A DNA stretch of 63,974 nt, filler included, from Conidiobolus incongruus B7586 (GCA_000697335.1; 12 parts of 12 records of this genome joined end to end with filler, not necessarily neighbours in it); one strand, 5' to 3'. Shown: positions 39,901-53,900, counted from the first letter of the whole stretch. The notes: generated by a model not told the origin, from the letters alone. Translations and numbers: made by a program.

Positions 39901-39972
39901 GCCATGTTGAGAATAAAATAAAGTTAATGATATTCAATTAATGCAAATTTTTATACAAATAATAAAAAATTT

Positions 39973-40578
39973 CTAATTAGATTTGGTGGGTTGGGTACTA
40001 TCCTGCTTGAGAGAATTTCCATACTTTTCAATCCATTCTTCTTCCTCCCAAACTAAAAAATGTTAATTATAAATCCAATATAATTGATGAAATAACTTAC
40101 TGGCTCGTGTTGATCCCTCTCTCATATGAATCGTCTTAGAAATGGTAACCTTTAACACTTTACCAAACAATTCGGATTGATGAAGATTGTCAATGGCGTC
40201 CAAAGCGTCCTGCTTATTTTCAAATTCTACAAACCCAAAACCTCTGTGAACTTCATCTAAACTGATATTAAAATCATATTTTATGAATAATTGTTGTAAT
40301 ACTCACTTGAAAATGGATTGACGGGGATCAAAAGTTGAGTAATATTACCAAATGGAATACAAGTGTTATATAAAATTTCTTCGTTGACTAGTTCGTCAAA
40401 CCCACCTAAATTTTATTAATAACTAAAATTAGTTTAATATCGTTAAATTATTATTATTACCTACGAATATGACACATTCGGGTTTGAAAGGGTTAAATAA
40501 TACATTATTGGGTTTGATATTAGAATATTGGTAAGGTTGTTGGCTGTTAGTTTGATTGGGATTATTGTTAAAATTCAT
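39973..40578 (-). CDS. RRM-only protein homologous to the cyclophilin E (CYP33/PPIE) N-terminus, 150 aa; exons 40578-40461, 40405-40307, 40256-40101, 40052-39973
   Basis: IFVGGFDELVNEEILYNTCIPFGNI...HRGFGFVEFE...DAIDNLHQSELFGKVLKV...EGSTRAIWEEEEWIEKY; three GT-AG introns keep the frame. Confidence 0.9.
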
Positions 40579-41793
40579 TATTTATTTAGGATTAATTGTT
40601 AATGGATTTAAATGGAATTGTTTTGGATGATTGATATGATTGGATTTAATATAATCAATATGGATGATTTGATTATTATGGGATCGATCCAACTAATTAT
40701 ACAGAATTTGAAAGTTGATCGATCGTAACAATATGCATTTCATTACCCGTTGAAATATATCATTTTAAATATTGTATTAATATTTATGACTTAGAATTTT
40801 GTTAACAAAAACTAAATAACTATGTTGTTTATAATCCTCTCAATTTATATTGTTATATATTGATTTGTTAATTTTATTGATTCTATTCATTCAAATAATT
40901 TTCAATCGATATAATCTATCAAATATGATTAAAATTTTAAATACCTAAATACATTTAATTTAATATGAATTATTATTATTATTATTAAATTAATAATCTA
41001 TAATGTTAAAAACTGAAAAAATCTATTATTCTTTGAATTTATTAGTACTCATTTTAATCATGACAATTGTAAATCATACATTCGGCAGTGTTCTATTAAT
41101 ATTGATCAGAATTTTACAGTTAGCAATTTTTCATATATGATTAGATTTCTACCTGTACCAATTTATATTGAAAGTTTTTCATCAATATTAAATATGTTTG
41201 AAAACTCAAAAGAAGTAAACCTGATATGATTCTATTTTTCGCAATTTTTCAATATTTATTTTTTTTAAAAAATTTATATTATTTTCGGTTATTAAATTAT
41301 ATTTTAATATTACTATTAGTGGAGATAGTGTTCAATATTTGATTATCACATTAGAATTGAATTGTGAGTATTTGTAAAAATCAATTGGAAATGTTATTCT
41401 AAAACGGTCATAAACTGACTAAAGCGCATATAATTATTTTACAATACACATTAGTCTATTTTAATGTGATTATTAGAGTGTTTCCTTTATTTTAATGTGA
41501 TTTGAATCTATCAATATTTTACTAACAAATTATCTATTTTTATAAATTTTAGACTATTAATTAAATTTTTAACTTGAAGATATCAGTTTATAATATAATA
41601 TTATACAATTGGATTAATCAATGTATAACAGATCTCACAAGTCAAAATATCAATTTGAACATTCTGAAATTCAATTGGATTGTAAAAATTGATGAAACAA
41701 ATAATGAGGTCTGGTATTAAAACCTGGTTCACTATAATTTAATTCTGGCATTAAAATAGACTATCGCTATTATTTGAGTTTTTAACAAATACT

Positions 41794-42205
41794 ATAAATT
41801 GATTATTATTGAATAGCAAGTGCTTTATTTTCTATGATTGACAATCAATGGTAAATTTAAGTTTGAAAATTATGATTATTCCATATACTTTCATAAATAT
41901 TGCATTGATATTTGAATGGTCATAATGAATTAAGATTACCAACTTAGCTTCAGTTTTGGTCTTTATCACATACACAATTACTGACTTGGATTTCTATACT
42001 TTTTTAAACTTTCATATTTAATTAGAATGATGGATTTACAGAGTACCGATACTTTCCAAAATATCTCTCAACAATGTCAGCTTGATTAAATTACCCTTCT
42101 CAAGTTGAATCAAGCGTTTGACTTGACTTGGTGTTATATTAGCTGATATATCATGAGATAGACAGTTTTTATGGAATTACTGTATTTATCACCTATTGAA
42201 TATAT
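41794..42205. repeat. 412-bp inverted repeat, right arm
   Basis: Reverse complement of 32661-33072. Confidence 0.92.
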
Positions 42206-42299
42206 AGATTATTGATAATGTACTTGTTTTTAGTCAACTTTCCTACCTTGTATTTTGTAATTTATTTTATTTTTGAAAATAATAGAGTAATGAAAAATT

Positions 42300-43190
42300 C
42301 AAATTACTAGATTAGAAAGAAATTTCTAATTTTGATTTCTAATTTTTCAAACATATTATAAGCTTTGATACATCAATTATATATAGAATATATAGGATAA
42401 TTAATATTTTCAAATCATATATGTATATTATTTCATCATAATTTCTCTATCAAAATATTTTTGACTAAAAACATCAAGCTGAAATTAATTATACTTATAT
42501 TAATTAATAATAATCATAAATCTTTTATTTTAATTTTATTAGAACTTAACCATAAACCCTCTAAAACTATTTAAAATTTTTAAACAATATATAATGATAA
42601 TATTTTTTTCAAAACAATATTTATTACTAGATTTGTTCCTTTAAAACTAATAAAGATATTGTTTAAAATTAATTACAAATAAATTAACTAATTTATATTG
42701 ATATTTTATTAATTATTTATCAATAATAAAAATATATTAAAAAATAACTAATTAATTCAATTAAATAATTATCTAAGTAATATAATATCAAGTATTAAAG
42801 TTGATATATTCATTAATATTTAAAATGAAATAAATTAAAAAACTATAAAATATATATCTTCTAATTTTTTAAAAAACTCAGATTAATTTTAATATAACTA
42901 TAGTTAAACAAAACTTATCCAAATTTTAGCTAAAAATAAGATTTTTTATTATAGATAATTATAATTACTATATCTAAAATTTTTATCAAGCCTTTTATTT
43001 CAAAAGAAATATAATAATTAATTAAAATTTTAAAAATTTATTTTAAATCAATATTTATTATAGATAAATATTATTTATATTATTAAATTATAATAATTTA
43101 TATCTTATTTATTTAATTATAATAATAAATTAACTAATAATAAATATTATATCGATTTTAAACTAATAAAATTTTTTATTAATATTAATT
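42300..43190 (+). mobile_element. Mariner copy, very degenerate
   Basis: AACTTAACCATAAACCCTCTAAAA at ~42543 and collinearity with other copies. Confidence 0.7.
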
Positions 43191-43208
43191 AAATATTTAA
43201 ATTTTTTA

Positions 43209-45496
43209 TTACTTTATAATTTAAATAATAGGATATTGTTATGATTGAAAATAAATAAATATTTTGATATATAACATATAAAAATTAATAAATATTATAA
43301 ATTGAATAGTTTTTTATTATTAATAGCCTTTTACCATATTTTTAGCAAATTTTTAATATTTAAAATATAGTTCTTTTTATAAAAAACTGAAATTTAATAT
43401 TTTATAAACTATTACCATGGAATTGAAGAAATGGGAAATTTTTTAATTACTGATTTTTCAAACATATTATTAGTTTCAAATAAGCAAATATATACAAAAC
43501 AAATAGGAAAATAAATAGTTTTGAATTATATATATATATATATATATATAATAATTTTTTTGATTAAAAAATGAATTTTTTAAAATTAGTTGTTTAATTT
43601 AATCATGCTTAAACCAAATAGTGACCATCAAAAGTTTTTTATTTTAGTATCAGTAAAACTTAACCACAAACCCTCTAAAATCATTCAAAATTTACAAACA
43701 GCTTTTGGTAATGAAGCATTATCTAAATCAACAATTTATTGCTGGGTAAATTACTTTAAGGCTGGGAGAGAAACTACCCAAAACTTGCCAAAATCTAGAA
43801 AACNNNNNNNNNNNNNNNNNNNNNNNNNNNNNNNNNNNNNNNNNNNNTTAATTAATTAANNNNNNNNNNNNNNNNNNNNNNNNNNNNNNNNNNNNNNNNN
43901 NNNAAGGAAAATCCATTAATAGTAAACTTTATATTTCTTTTTTAAATAAAACTATTTCTAATTGGTATTCTCAATATAATTTGAGAAGACCTATTATTTT
44001 GCATGATAATTGCAAAATACATAAATCTAAAGTTGTAAAAAACTTTCTAATTAAAAATAACTGGAAAGAACTACCACATCCAGTATATTCCCCAGATTAT
44101 AACCCATGTGATTATAATTGTTTTGGGCAATTAAAAAACCAGCTTGCAGGAAAGAAAATTTCTGCAGGAAAATTTAATTGGTTTGTGAAACATCAAATTT
44201 CAGTCCTTAATAAAAAGAACTGTTTTTTAGGTGTTAGATCTTTACCAAAAGTATGGCAAAAAGTTATTAGAAATAAAGGAAATTATTAATTTTATATTAT
44301 ATATTTATTTTTACTTTGTATATATTAAAATGTTTATTTTTTTTCAATCGCAAAAAATTCCCATTATTTAAATTACAAAGTAATAATTAAATTTTTTTAT
44401 AGAAATTTTCTTTTTTGTAAGCTTGTTTCTTAATTACCTAAAAAATTATAGTCATATAATTATAATTTTAGAAATATATTAGAAATGGTAGTTTTTTCCA
44501 ATTATATTTAATTAGAAAGTTTTTTTATAACTTTAGATTTATGTATTTTACAAATATCATATAAAATAATAGGTTTTTTTAAATTATATTAAAAACACAT
44601 ATTAAAAATACTTTTATTTAAAAAAACAATATAAAGCTTATAATCAATTAATTAATCTTTAAGAACTAAATAAAAATAGAATATATTATTATAATCTATT
44701 ACCTTAATTAACATTTGCTTATTAATAAAATATTTATTTAAAAAGATTTATAAAAAGGGTGAATTTAGTTTAATTAAGCATTTTTATTTGTATTTTGGTA
44801 AAAAATAATATATAAAGATTTAAGATTCATCAATTAAATTATTTATTATAAATACTTAAGTTTCTGGTAATATTTTAGTAAATTTTATTTAAAAATAGCT
44901 ATTTTCACTTTCTTTTGAATTTCAATTAAATTATAAGATATTTATTCTATATATTTATTTATTAATTTGAGTTTAAACTTTAATATATATATAATACTTA
45001 TAAGACTAATATTAAAAATTATTAAATTTTTCTTTAGTTAAAATAAAAAGGTATTTTTTAATATATATTTTCATTTTATTAATAATTAAAAATATAACAG
45101 ATAAAGTTAGTTTTTTAGATTTTAAAAAATATTAAATTATTTCTCTTTTAATTTTAAAATAATTTACCTAGTAATAAATGATTAATTAAGATAACATTTT
45201 ATTACCAAAAGCTGCTTATAAGTTTTAAATAATTTTAGAGAGTTTATGGTTAAGTTTTATTAATATTAAAATAAAAAACTTTTGATAATTATTATTTGAT
45301 TTAAGTATGATTAAATTAAACAATTAATTTTAAATAATAAATTTTTCAATGAAAAAATTATAATATATATATATTTATATATATAATTTAAAAATTATTA
45401 CTTTCTTATTTACTTTATATATATTTATTCTTTTGAAACTAATATAATATTTGGAATTTTAAAATTCAAAAATTTTTCATTTTAGATTCAAGGTAA
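43209..45496 (-). mobile_element. Mariner copy, degenerate, hosting a younger mariner
   Basis: TIRs at 43209 and ending 45496; sequence resumes in register after the insertion at a duplicated TA. Confidence 0.85.
43412..44383 (+). mobile_element. Least-mutated mariner (DD34D) copy; transposase 43605-44289 with central gap
   Basis: TIRs TTACCATGGAATTGAAGAAATGGG / CCCATTATTTAAATTACAAAGTAA, TA TSD; N-terminal HTH (AFGNEALSKSTIYCWVNYFKAG); ILHDN-...-HPVYSPDYNPCDY with 34 residues between the 2nd and 3rd Asp. Confidence 0.92.
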
Positions 45497-45616
45497 TATT
45501 ATTATATAAATAATTTNNNNNNNNNNNNNNNNNNNNNNNNNNNNNNNNNNNNNNNNNNNNTTAATTAATTAANNNNNNNNNNNNNNNNNNNNNNNNNNNN
45601 NNNNNNNNNNNNNNNN

Positions 45617-46139
45617 ATGCTAGTAAATTGAAACCGTACCATAACCCATCATTACGCCCTGATAACCGAAGACGTGAATATCGTAAACCACCTTCCCAAA
45701 GTAATCAACAAGATCATCCTTTCATCGTCGATAAAATCCTCGGCCATAGACGCTATTATAACCAAGATCTATACCTCGTCCAATGGAAAGGATACCCTAA
45801 AAATGAAGCTACTTGGGAACGCTATAATAGCGTTAAAAAGACCAATGCCTATCATACCTACGCTGAGAAGCATTCAAAGATTAGAGCGTCTCCTAATAAG
45901 GACACCTCAATCTGAGGGGAGTGTCATAGATCAGATCACTTTGTCATCATCGTGACACTGTCAATCATATCTGCTTACCTTATCTTATCTCTTTTATCTA
46001 CTTGATCTTATCTTGTCTAATTTTACCTCTGAACCCTCACCAACTTTTACATATAAAAATGGGAACCATTGCCAAATAAACAAGGACTTTTTCCCACACT
46101 GTTCACATTGAAACAACTTGTATACATTGCCCTGTTATA
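45617..46139 (+). mobile_element. 3' end of a young chromovirus (family B): integrase tail and chromodomain, PPT, 3' LTR 45922-46139
   Basis: ASKLKPY then chromodomain FIVDKILGHR...YLVQWKGYPKNEATWE, stop 45915, PPT GAGGGGAG, LTR starting TGTCATAG; CpG retained. Confidence 0.9.
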
Positions 46140-47535
46140 GAATATTAGGAATATATAGACAATTATTATAATATAGTAAGTTATCAATGATTTTAAATCT
46201 TTTAATATATTTTAATTAATTTTCTAATGATTTAAAGAGTTTTTCTTTAATTAAAATAAAGAAATTATTATTTAATAATGTTTCTTAAAAAAGTTTAATA
46301 AATTTTTTATTTTCTTTATTAATAATCATTAAATTAATATTTGCTAGGTTTTTATAATTAGAATAAATGGATAAGTATGTAGAATTTTTTAATAAAATAT
46401 CTATAATATAATTTTATTAACCTAAGAGATATTAGATAAAAAAAATAAGCTTAGATAATTTTAATCTATCTAACTTATTTTTTTAATAAATACTTTTAAG
46501 AATTTAAGTAAATAAGTGATTTATAATTTATAAGTATTAAAAAAAAGTTATAGGATAAAAAACATAAATGATTTTTGACTATTTCTATTAAAGCAAAAAG
46601 TTTTTATTTATAAACTAAATATTTTAGTTTAGCTAGCTTTATTTTTTTTAACTAGAATATTATAAGCTTTAAAAAAATATTTATAAAGTTAAACTTAACT
46701 TATTCTCCCTTATTTATTATTTTACTTTATAGTTAAAGAGTAAAATATAAATTAAATTCAAACTAAGTTAATTATCTAGTAATTACAAAAAAATTAAAGT
46801 TAGTAAAAATAATGATAAGTAATTTAAGATCAAAAATAAACAAAGTAAAAGCATTAGTAATATAAAGAATTAAAGTATTTATGTAAAAAATATATAGTAG
46901 GGTTTATTTAAAAAAAGAGTTTTTTCTTAAGAAATTATTAGAAGAGTTATAAATTCAATAAAAAAAATTAATGAAATCTTTAAAGTAATTTAATATTTTA
47001 AATATAAACATAAGTTGATTTTTGTTTATAGATATAATAAAAACTTTTATACTATTGAGTTTAGTTCAATCAATATTAATTTTTTAAGAAAAAATAATAT
47101 AACTATAGAAAAAGATAGAAGAGGCTTTAAAAATATATTTTAATAATTTTAAAAATAATTTATATTCTTGAATAATTTATAAAACCTAATTAATATATTA
47201 GATATATTTTTCTTTAGTTTTTAAATAGATTATAATATTATTAAGGTAAGTAATAATAAAGTTATTAAATATAAAGTTGAAAAGGGATTTGATAAATTAA
47301 ATAAAAGTTACAAAAGTATTATATAATCTAAAGTTTATAATAGTAAATTTATAATAGCTTAGTAGAGTATTAAAAGTAGTTTAAAAAATAAAATTTTCTT
47401 CAACTTTAACGTTATAATAATTATTTCTAAAATTTAATTTAGTGAATATAATAAATTTAAATAATTTATCTTTAATATTATTTAACATTATATAAGTTTA
47501 ATAATAAAATTTTATCCTTAATATTTTTAAAGTTT
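46140..47535 (-). mobile_element. Second family A pol fragment (RT/RNase H), hypermutated
   Basis: Collinear with ~5155-6540, differing mostly by transitions; YLNN relic ~47245. Confidence 0.9.
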
Positions 47536-47635
47536 NNNNNNNNNNNNNNNNNNNNNNNNNNNNNNNNNNNNNNNNNNNNTTAATTAATTAANNNNNNNNN
47601 NNNNNNNNNNNNNNNNNNNNNNNNNNNNNNNNNNN

Positions 47636-47875
47636 TAACTTATCAAAAGGAAGAAATTTTTATAAAAAACTTAATAAATTTGTGAAATATAAAATCTTAA
47701 TTTTTAATAAAAAAATAATTTTTATAATATTAGTTATTTGCTGAAAATATAACAAAAAAATTAATAAAAATAAAACAACTATTAAAATTATATTATATTA
47801 TTTATTTATTGATTATAATTTAAAATATTTATTTATTTTTGATTGAAAAATATCTTTGATTTAAAATATATAATA
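47636..47875 (+). mobile_element. Mariner 3' fragment, degenerate
   Basis: Similar to 44140-44383. Confidence 0.6.
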
Positions 47876-47930
47876 AAATTATGAAAATATTTATATTTAT
47901 AGTTTTATAACTTATCTTTATAAGATATTA

Positions 47931-50900
47931 TATTTAACCTATAAAAGTGAGTTATAAATTCAAAAACACTTTTATTTTTATTAATTTTTTTAATATTTAA
48001 TGAAATTAACCAAAATTAAAAAGTTAAAAATAAATAAATTTTTAATTAAATAAATCATTAAATAATTATACTAAGTTATTAATTGGTTATATTATCAACC
48101 TTTGAATTTTATCTTAATTAATTTATAGATTTATAGGTTATTGGTGATAAAGAAATATTAACAATAAGTTGTTTTTTAATGTTAAAAACTTAGGTAAAAG
48201 TTGAATGTTATGCTTGTTGGATATATTAAAAGGTAGGGACAAGTACTAATAAAGTAAATTATTTATAAATCACAAATATCCACAATATTTATAACTAAGA
48301 ATTATAAAGATTTGATGTTACCTTAGTTTTTAATATTATCACTAGTAAATAAGTAATAACTTAAAGATTTAAATGATCTAATGGATTTGTGATGGAAAAA
48401 GATATCTTTATTATAATAGTTATAACTAAGGTTATATATCCATGGTAATTTATAGATTATAACTCTCCTTCTAAAAAGTTAAAGTTTATCAATATCAAGA
48501 TAACAACTATAGTTGATAAGTGAAGCTTTATTATATATAAATAAATTAAAAGGGATGTTAACATCAAATAACATTATAAAAGTAGCTTGACTATCAAAAT
48601 ACTTGCTAGTAATAATATCTTAAGATATTTTTAGTCTTGACCTAAAACCTATAATTAAATTAAATAATAGGTAGATCAGGAAATTACTATAATGAACTTA
48701 AGATAAAGATCAAGATATTTGGATATATTAACTATTAGTAAAAAGTAAAAATAGATAATAGTTATATGGTGTTAATAGGTAGCTTATAGATTTTGCTAGG
48801 AAACTCTAATTAGAAAACTTAAGATAATAATAGATAATAGATTAAGGTTATCTAAGGTTTATATAAGTTATTTACTTTAATATTAAATTCTCAGTAAGTA
48901 TAGATTTGATTTTAATTAATCTATTTACTATACCCACTAGGGAGTGTTACTTTATAAACTCTTTTTTTATTAGAGTTTATTATTTTATAACCCAAAAGTC
49001 TTCTAGGTAATAACTTAGATTGATTCTTTTAAACCTAGTGAGGATTAACTAATTTTACTACTTAACCTCTTTTAAACTTTTTTTCTAAGAGTTTATGATA
49101 TTGTTTCAGCTCTTGCTTTTTATAAAGAGAGGTGCAAATATAATAAAGATTCTCTAGCTTTTTAACCTTTGTGTAATATTTTTCAACTAACACAGGTTTT
49201 AATTATAATGATAAGAGTTCCCTAAGTATAATGTTAAATATTAAATAAAAAAGTGTATATCCTATAATTGAATAAACTTTAGTATAATAATTCTAAATTA
49301 CCTAAGGAATTTTTTTATCCCAGGAAAACTTGGTTTCTTCACACTATTTAACAAAAGATTCAATTAGTGTTTGATTAAACTTTTCTACTTTACTATTAGT
49401 TTAAAGATAGTAAGTTATTGTTTTAATATGATACACTACTAAAATATTTTATAACTACTTAAATTCCTTTATAAAATAATAACTATTATTAGTTATTACT
49501 TCTTTTAAAGGATTATAAATATTAATTACTTTATAGTAAAAGAGTTTTGTAATAATTAATACTATGTATTCTTTAGTTAAGATTGTTATTACCCATTAGG
49601 TTACACTTTTAACCATTACTAGAATATATTTATATCCCCTTCTAGTTAGTTTAAGAGGGCTAATATAGTTTAGATGCTAGTAATTAAAGATTTAATTAGG
49701 ACATTCTACAATTTGTTCAGGTTTTTTTAAAGTATAGTGTTTGAATTATTAGTAAACTTTATATATTTGGATAAAATTCTTTAGTTGAGTAGTTTGTTTA
49801 AGCTATTAGTAATAAAGTTGAAGTTTCTTATAAGTAACTCTATAATTATAATACCTACTTTTTAAATAAATGATTTCTATCTTCTCTTTCTTTTTAAAAA
49901 TCTTAAGGATAATTTTGTATAATTAATTATTAGGTTAATATTAATTAAAAACCAATTGCTTATTTTAGATAGAATAGTTTATAGCTACCCTATATTTAAC
50001 TTAAGTTTTATTATACTCAAAGTATTTTATAAGGAATTGTAAATAGTTAAATATTTTCTCTAAATAAAGTTTATATCTTCTTGTTTAAGATTAGATAGCT
50101 TTTATAGATTAAGCTAAATATAGGTTGGTTTTAATTTTATTAAAAAAGTCAACATTAGTATATTTCTTCCTTTCTTTATATATTATAATATAATTATAAG
50201 CTGAAAGCTTTACTATCTAATAGGTTTATTGGGGGGAGGGATTAAAACTTACCAAGAGGGATTTAGCTAATTAGTGATTTATGATGATATAGAATGTTTA
50301 ACTTACTAGATAGTAATAGAAATATTAAATAACAAAAAAAAATAGCTAAGCTTTCTTTTATAATAATACTCTATTTCTTTTAAGCTAGTGAGAATTGTTT
50401 AAACTAGTATCTCACAGGATATTCTTTGTAATTATTACTATATTAACTTAAAACAACTCCCATCATATAATCTAAAGCATCTATAGTTAGAATAAATAAA
50501 TAGTTGAATTTTAAAGTATATAGTATTAAGTAAGAAATTAGTTTTTCTTTTAATCTACTATAAGCTTTATTATATTCTAATGTTTAAATATAAGGGATGT
50601 TTTTCTTGGTTAATTTAGTTAGAAGATAAGTTATATAAGAATAACCTCTCATAAAACCTCTATAATAATTAATAACTTTTAAGAAAGAATAAAGCTTTGT
50701 TATTTTAATTAAGTGATTTAGAACTTTAATCTTTTTAGTGTTAGATTTATTAGGTATAATTATACCTTTAGATATATAATATTCTAGGTATTTAATTTAA
50801 TAGAAACCTAAAGCATATTTCTTTATATTAATATGTAATTTATGTTGTTATAATACTGTGAACATTTTTTCTAAGTGTGTCAAGTGTTGCTTAATTGTTT

Positions 50901-53900
50901 CTAAGAAGATAAAGATATTATTTAAATAGATAAATATAAAATACCTAATATACTCATAGAAGATATTATTTATAAATTGTTAGAAGAATATTAAAATGTT
51001 AACTAAGTTAAATAAGAGCTAGTTATATTAATATCAACCTTATATAGCATTAAAAGCAGTTTTATATCTATCTTCCTTCTTTACCTTAATTTGATAGTAA
51101 TCTAAAAGAAGAAAAAAAGATAAGAAGATGATTCTTTATTATAATAAATCTAACAAGTCTTAAACTAATGATAGAGAATAAAAGTTTTTAATAGTGATCT
51201 TATTAATTAAGGTAAAATTCATATATATTCTCACTTTTCTATTTTTCTTAGATATAATAACTATCTTAAAACTTTATTGAGAGTTAGTATCCTTAATGAT
51301 TTTCCCATTAAAAAGTTTTTCTATCTTTTTTTCTACTTTACCTTATTAAAAGACTAGGATTCTAGAAGTTCTGTAGTTCTTTAAAATATGTACATCAATA
51401 TTTAATAGAATAGGGAATTCAACAATATTTGTACTAAAGAGTTTATAGAATGAGAATATTACTAGATTAATGTAATAATATAGAAATGTTATTATTTTCT
51501 TTTTATTAAGACTTCAAAAGATATTATATTCTAATTTTTAAGCTCTTCTTCTTTCTCAAAAAAACAACCTTTTTTTATAGGTATTATTAAATAAACGGTT
51601 AATGGGGGATTAATCTTAATTTTATCATCCTAGTGTTTTTTCTGATTAATAATAGCTTGAAAGAATTAAGGTTCATTATCTTAAAAAATAATAAAAATAC
51701 CAATAGCTTAATCAGTTAAAATTTTCTCCTTTTGCAAAAACAAATAACCCAGCAAAATATAAATAATTAGTGAATTAATAACTTAAAAATTTGTTTCAAA
51801 AGGAATGTTTTCAATGTTAAATGCAAGAGTATTAGTTCTACCCTCAGTTTATATTTCTTGGTGAGTTATTGTTTAGTAACTCATTATAAGATTTTTGTAA
51901 TAAAGTATTTCTAACACTTTTGTTATATTCTTAGAGATTATATTTATACTAGCTTTATAATTAATAAAGGTTTCTGAATCAACCCCTTTTAACTAGATAT
52001 AAACTTTAGGATAGAACTTAAGATTTACCTCTAGTAGGTGTTAATCTAACTAAAGGATTATTCTTATAATTTTAGCTTAGGAAAACAAAATACAATATGC
52101 TTTAATAGTAGCAAGCTTAGTGCTTGTTAAAATAGTTTTAAATTTATTGGTGGTGTTTAAAATTAAAAGAATAAAGTATTCACCACTTTTTGTGAAGGTT
52201 TTAGCTAGTACTTTAATTCTATCATAATCCTTTTTTTCCTATATATTAAAGTTAACATTAAGATAGATATCAGCAAAAAGTTCAATTTTAATTTTAGTCT
52301 CTATTCTTCAAAACACATTGGGGAGAAGTGATATGTTAATGTTAGTAGAATATTCCTGCTTATTTTTTTCAAATGTTACTAGGTTATTAATAGGTAATGA
52401 GGTATAATACTGATGAGTTACCTCTATATTAGTTATTTACTCTATATATTTAATAAGATAATTAACTCTTTACTACTCTTAATTAAAACCTAGCTAATAA
52501 TTGAATGCTTTATAGATATCAATTAGAAATTTTGTCTCTATAACCTCTTAAGTAATTTCTTTAAGAGTTTACCCTCTAAAGATAAGTTTTTTATATTTGC
52601 CCTTCTTTCTATTATATGTAATATTGTTTAAATAGGGTCTTTTTTTAGTTTTGTTTAACCATATTGAATTTTCATTATATGGCTGTTATTTCTTAACTCC
52701 ATCCATTAACTTTAATATATTAGATATTGCTATCTAAGTTAGTAAAATATTTTGTTATATTATTAGTGAAGAATTTTATTGCTTTACTTTTAGGGATAGA
52801 TTAAAGGTTCTTAAAACCCTTTGTTAGATTTTTTCTCTAAGTCTAGTATTTTCCTGATTTAAAAATTATAGATGATATTCCTCTTGCTTTAAGGGTACTT
52901 TAGGTATTTCAGCAGATTGCTTGTAATCTGATGAAATTTAAAAGTTGGGAGGATTTAGATCTATTTTTATAGAAACTAGTTCAGTAAAGGTTATAGTTTG
53001 TTAGATAGCTGATATTTTTGCTTCAGCAATTTTTTTAGCTATATCTTTCCTATTATTCTAAATTTAACAGTCCTAGGGGTTTTATAACCAATATTTTTTT
53101 TCAGTGGTTGTCTTTTCTAGATAACTAATAGTTGTTTAGCATTTATAAAATCCACTACTGGGTATTCTAACTCTTTTCTTTTTATCTTCTCTAAAATCAA
53201 AATAAACTTTATATGTACTTTAGGGTTTATAATGTTATCTAAAGTTTTTAATAGGAGAGTGTTATCTAATAATTGTTTATCTTCTAAACTATCTTCAGTA
53301 ACTAGTTTTTCTGCTTTAATTCCTTGATTAAAAAGTAAAAAAAGAATTAAAATTGATAGAGAAGTCTAGCTAGTTATAAAGTGTTATTGATTTTTATCAT
53401 CTTTATTCTTCTTATAGGATCTTTCTATTGATTTTATTAGAGGGGCTTATTAGATTTAATAGTTAACTTTTTTAACTATTGCTTCATAACTTGCTTTAGC
53501 CTCTTTTACTACTACTAACACTTTATGATTAGAGAAGGTATTCAGGGGTACTTTTTAGATAATTAACATATTTATCATTTAGTGTTTAATCCTATCTAAA
53601 AGCTTATCTTTTAGAGGAATATAAAATAGGTATCTAATTTATTATATTATTTTTAATAAACAATTATAAAATTCCTCTACAATTTTATTATTTTGTTAAA
53701 CTACTTTAATATAGTAATTTAGTAATATTTCTTGGTAGTTAGTGTTAAAGGATCAGTTTATAATTTGGGTAAAAAACTATTTTTAAGTTGCTTGTAAATT
53801 TAAATAGATTTATTCTTTAATAGAGTTTTGCTAATGGGTTAAGAGTTTAAATATAACTTCTAATATAGCATTGTATATTAGAACTACTACATTATAAACT

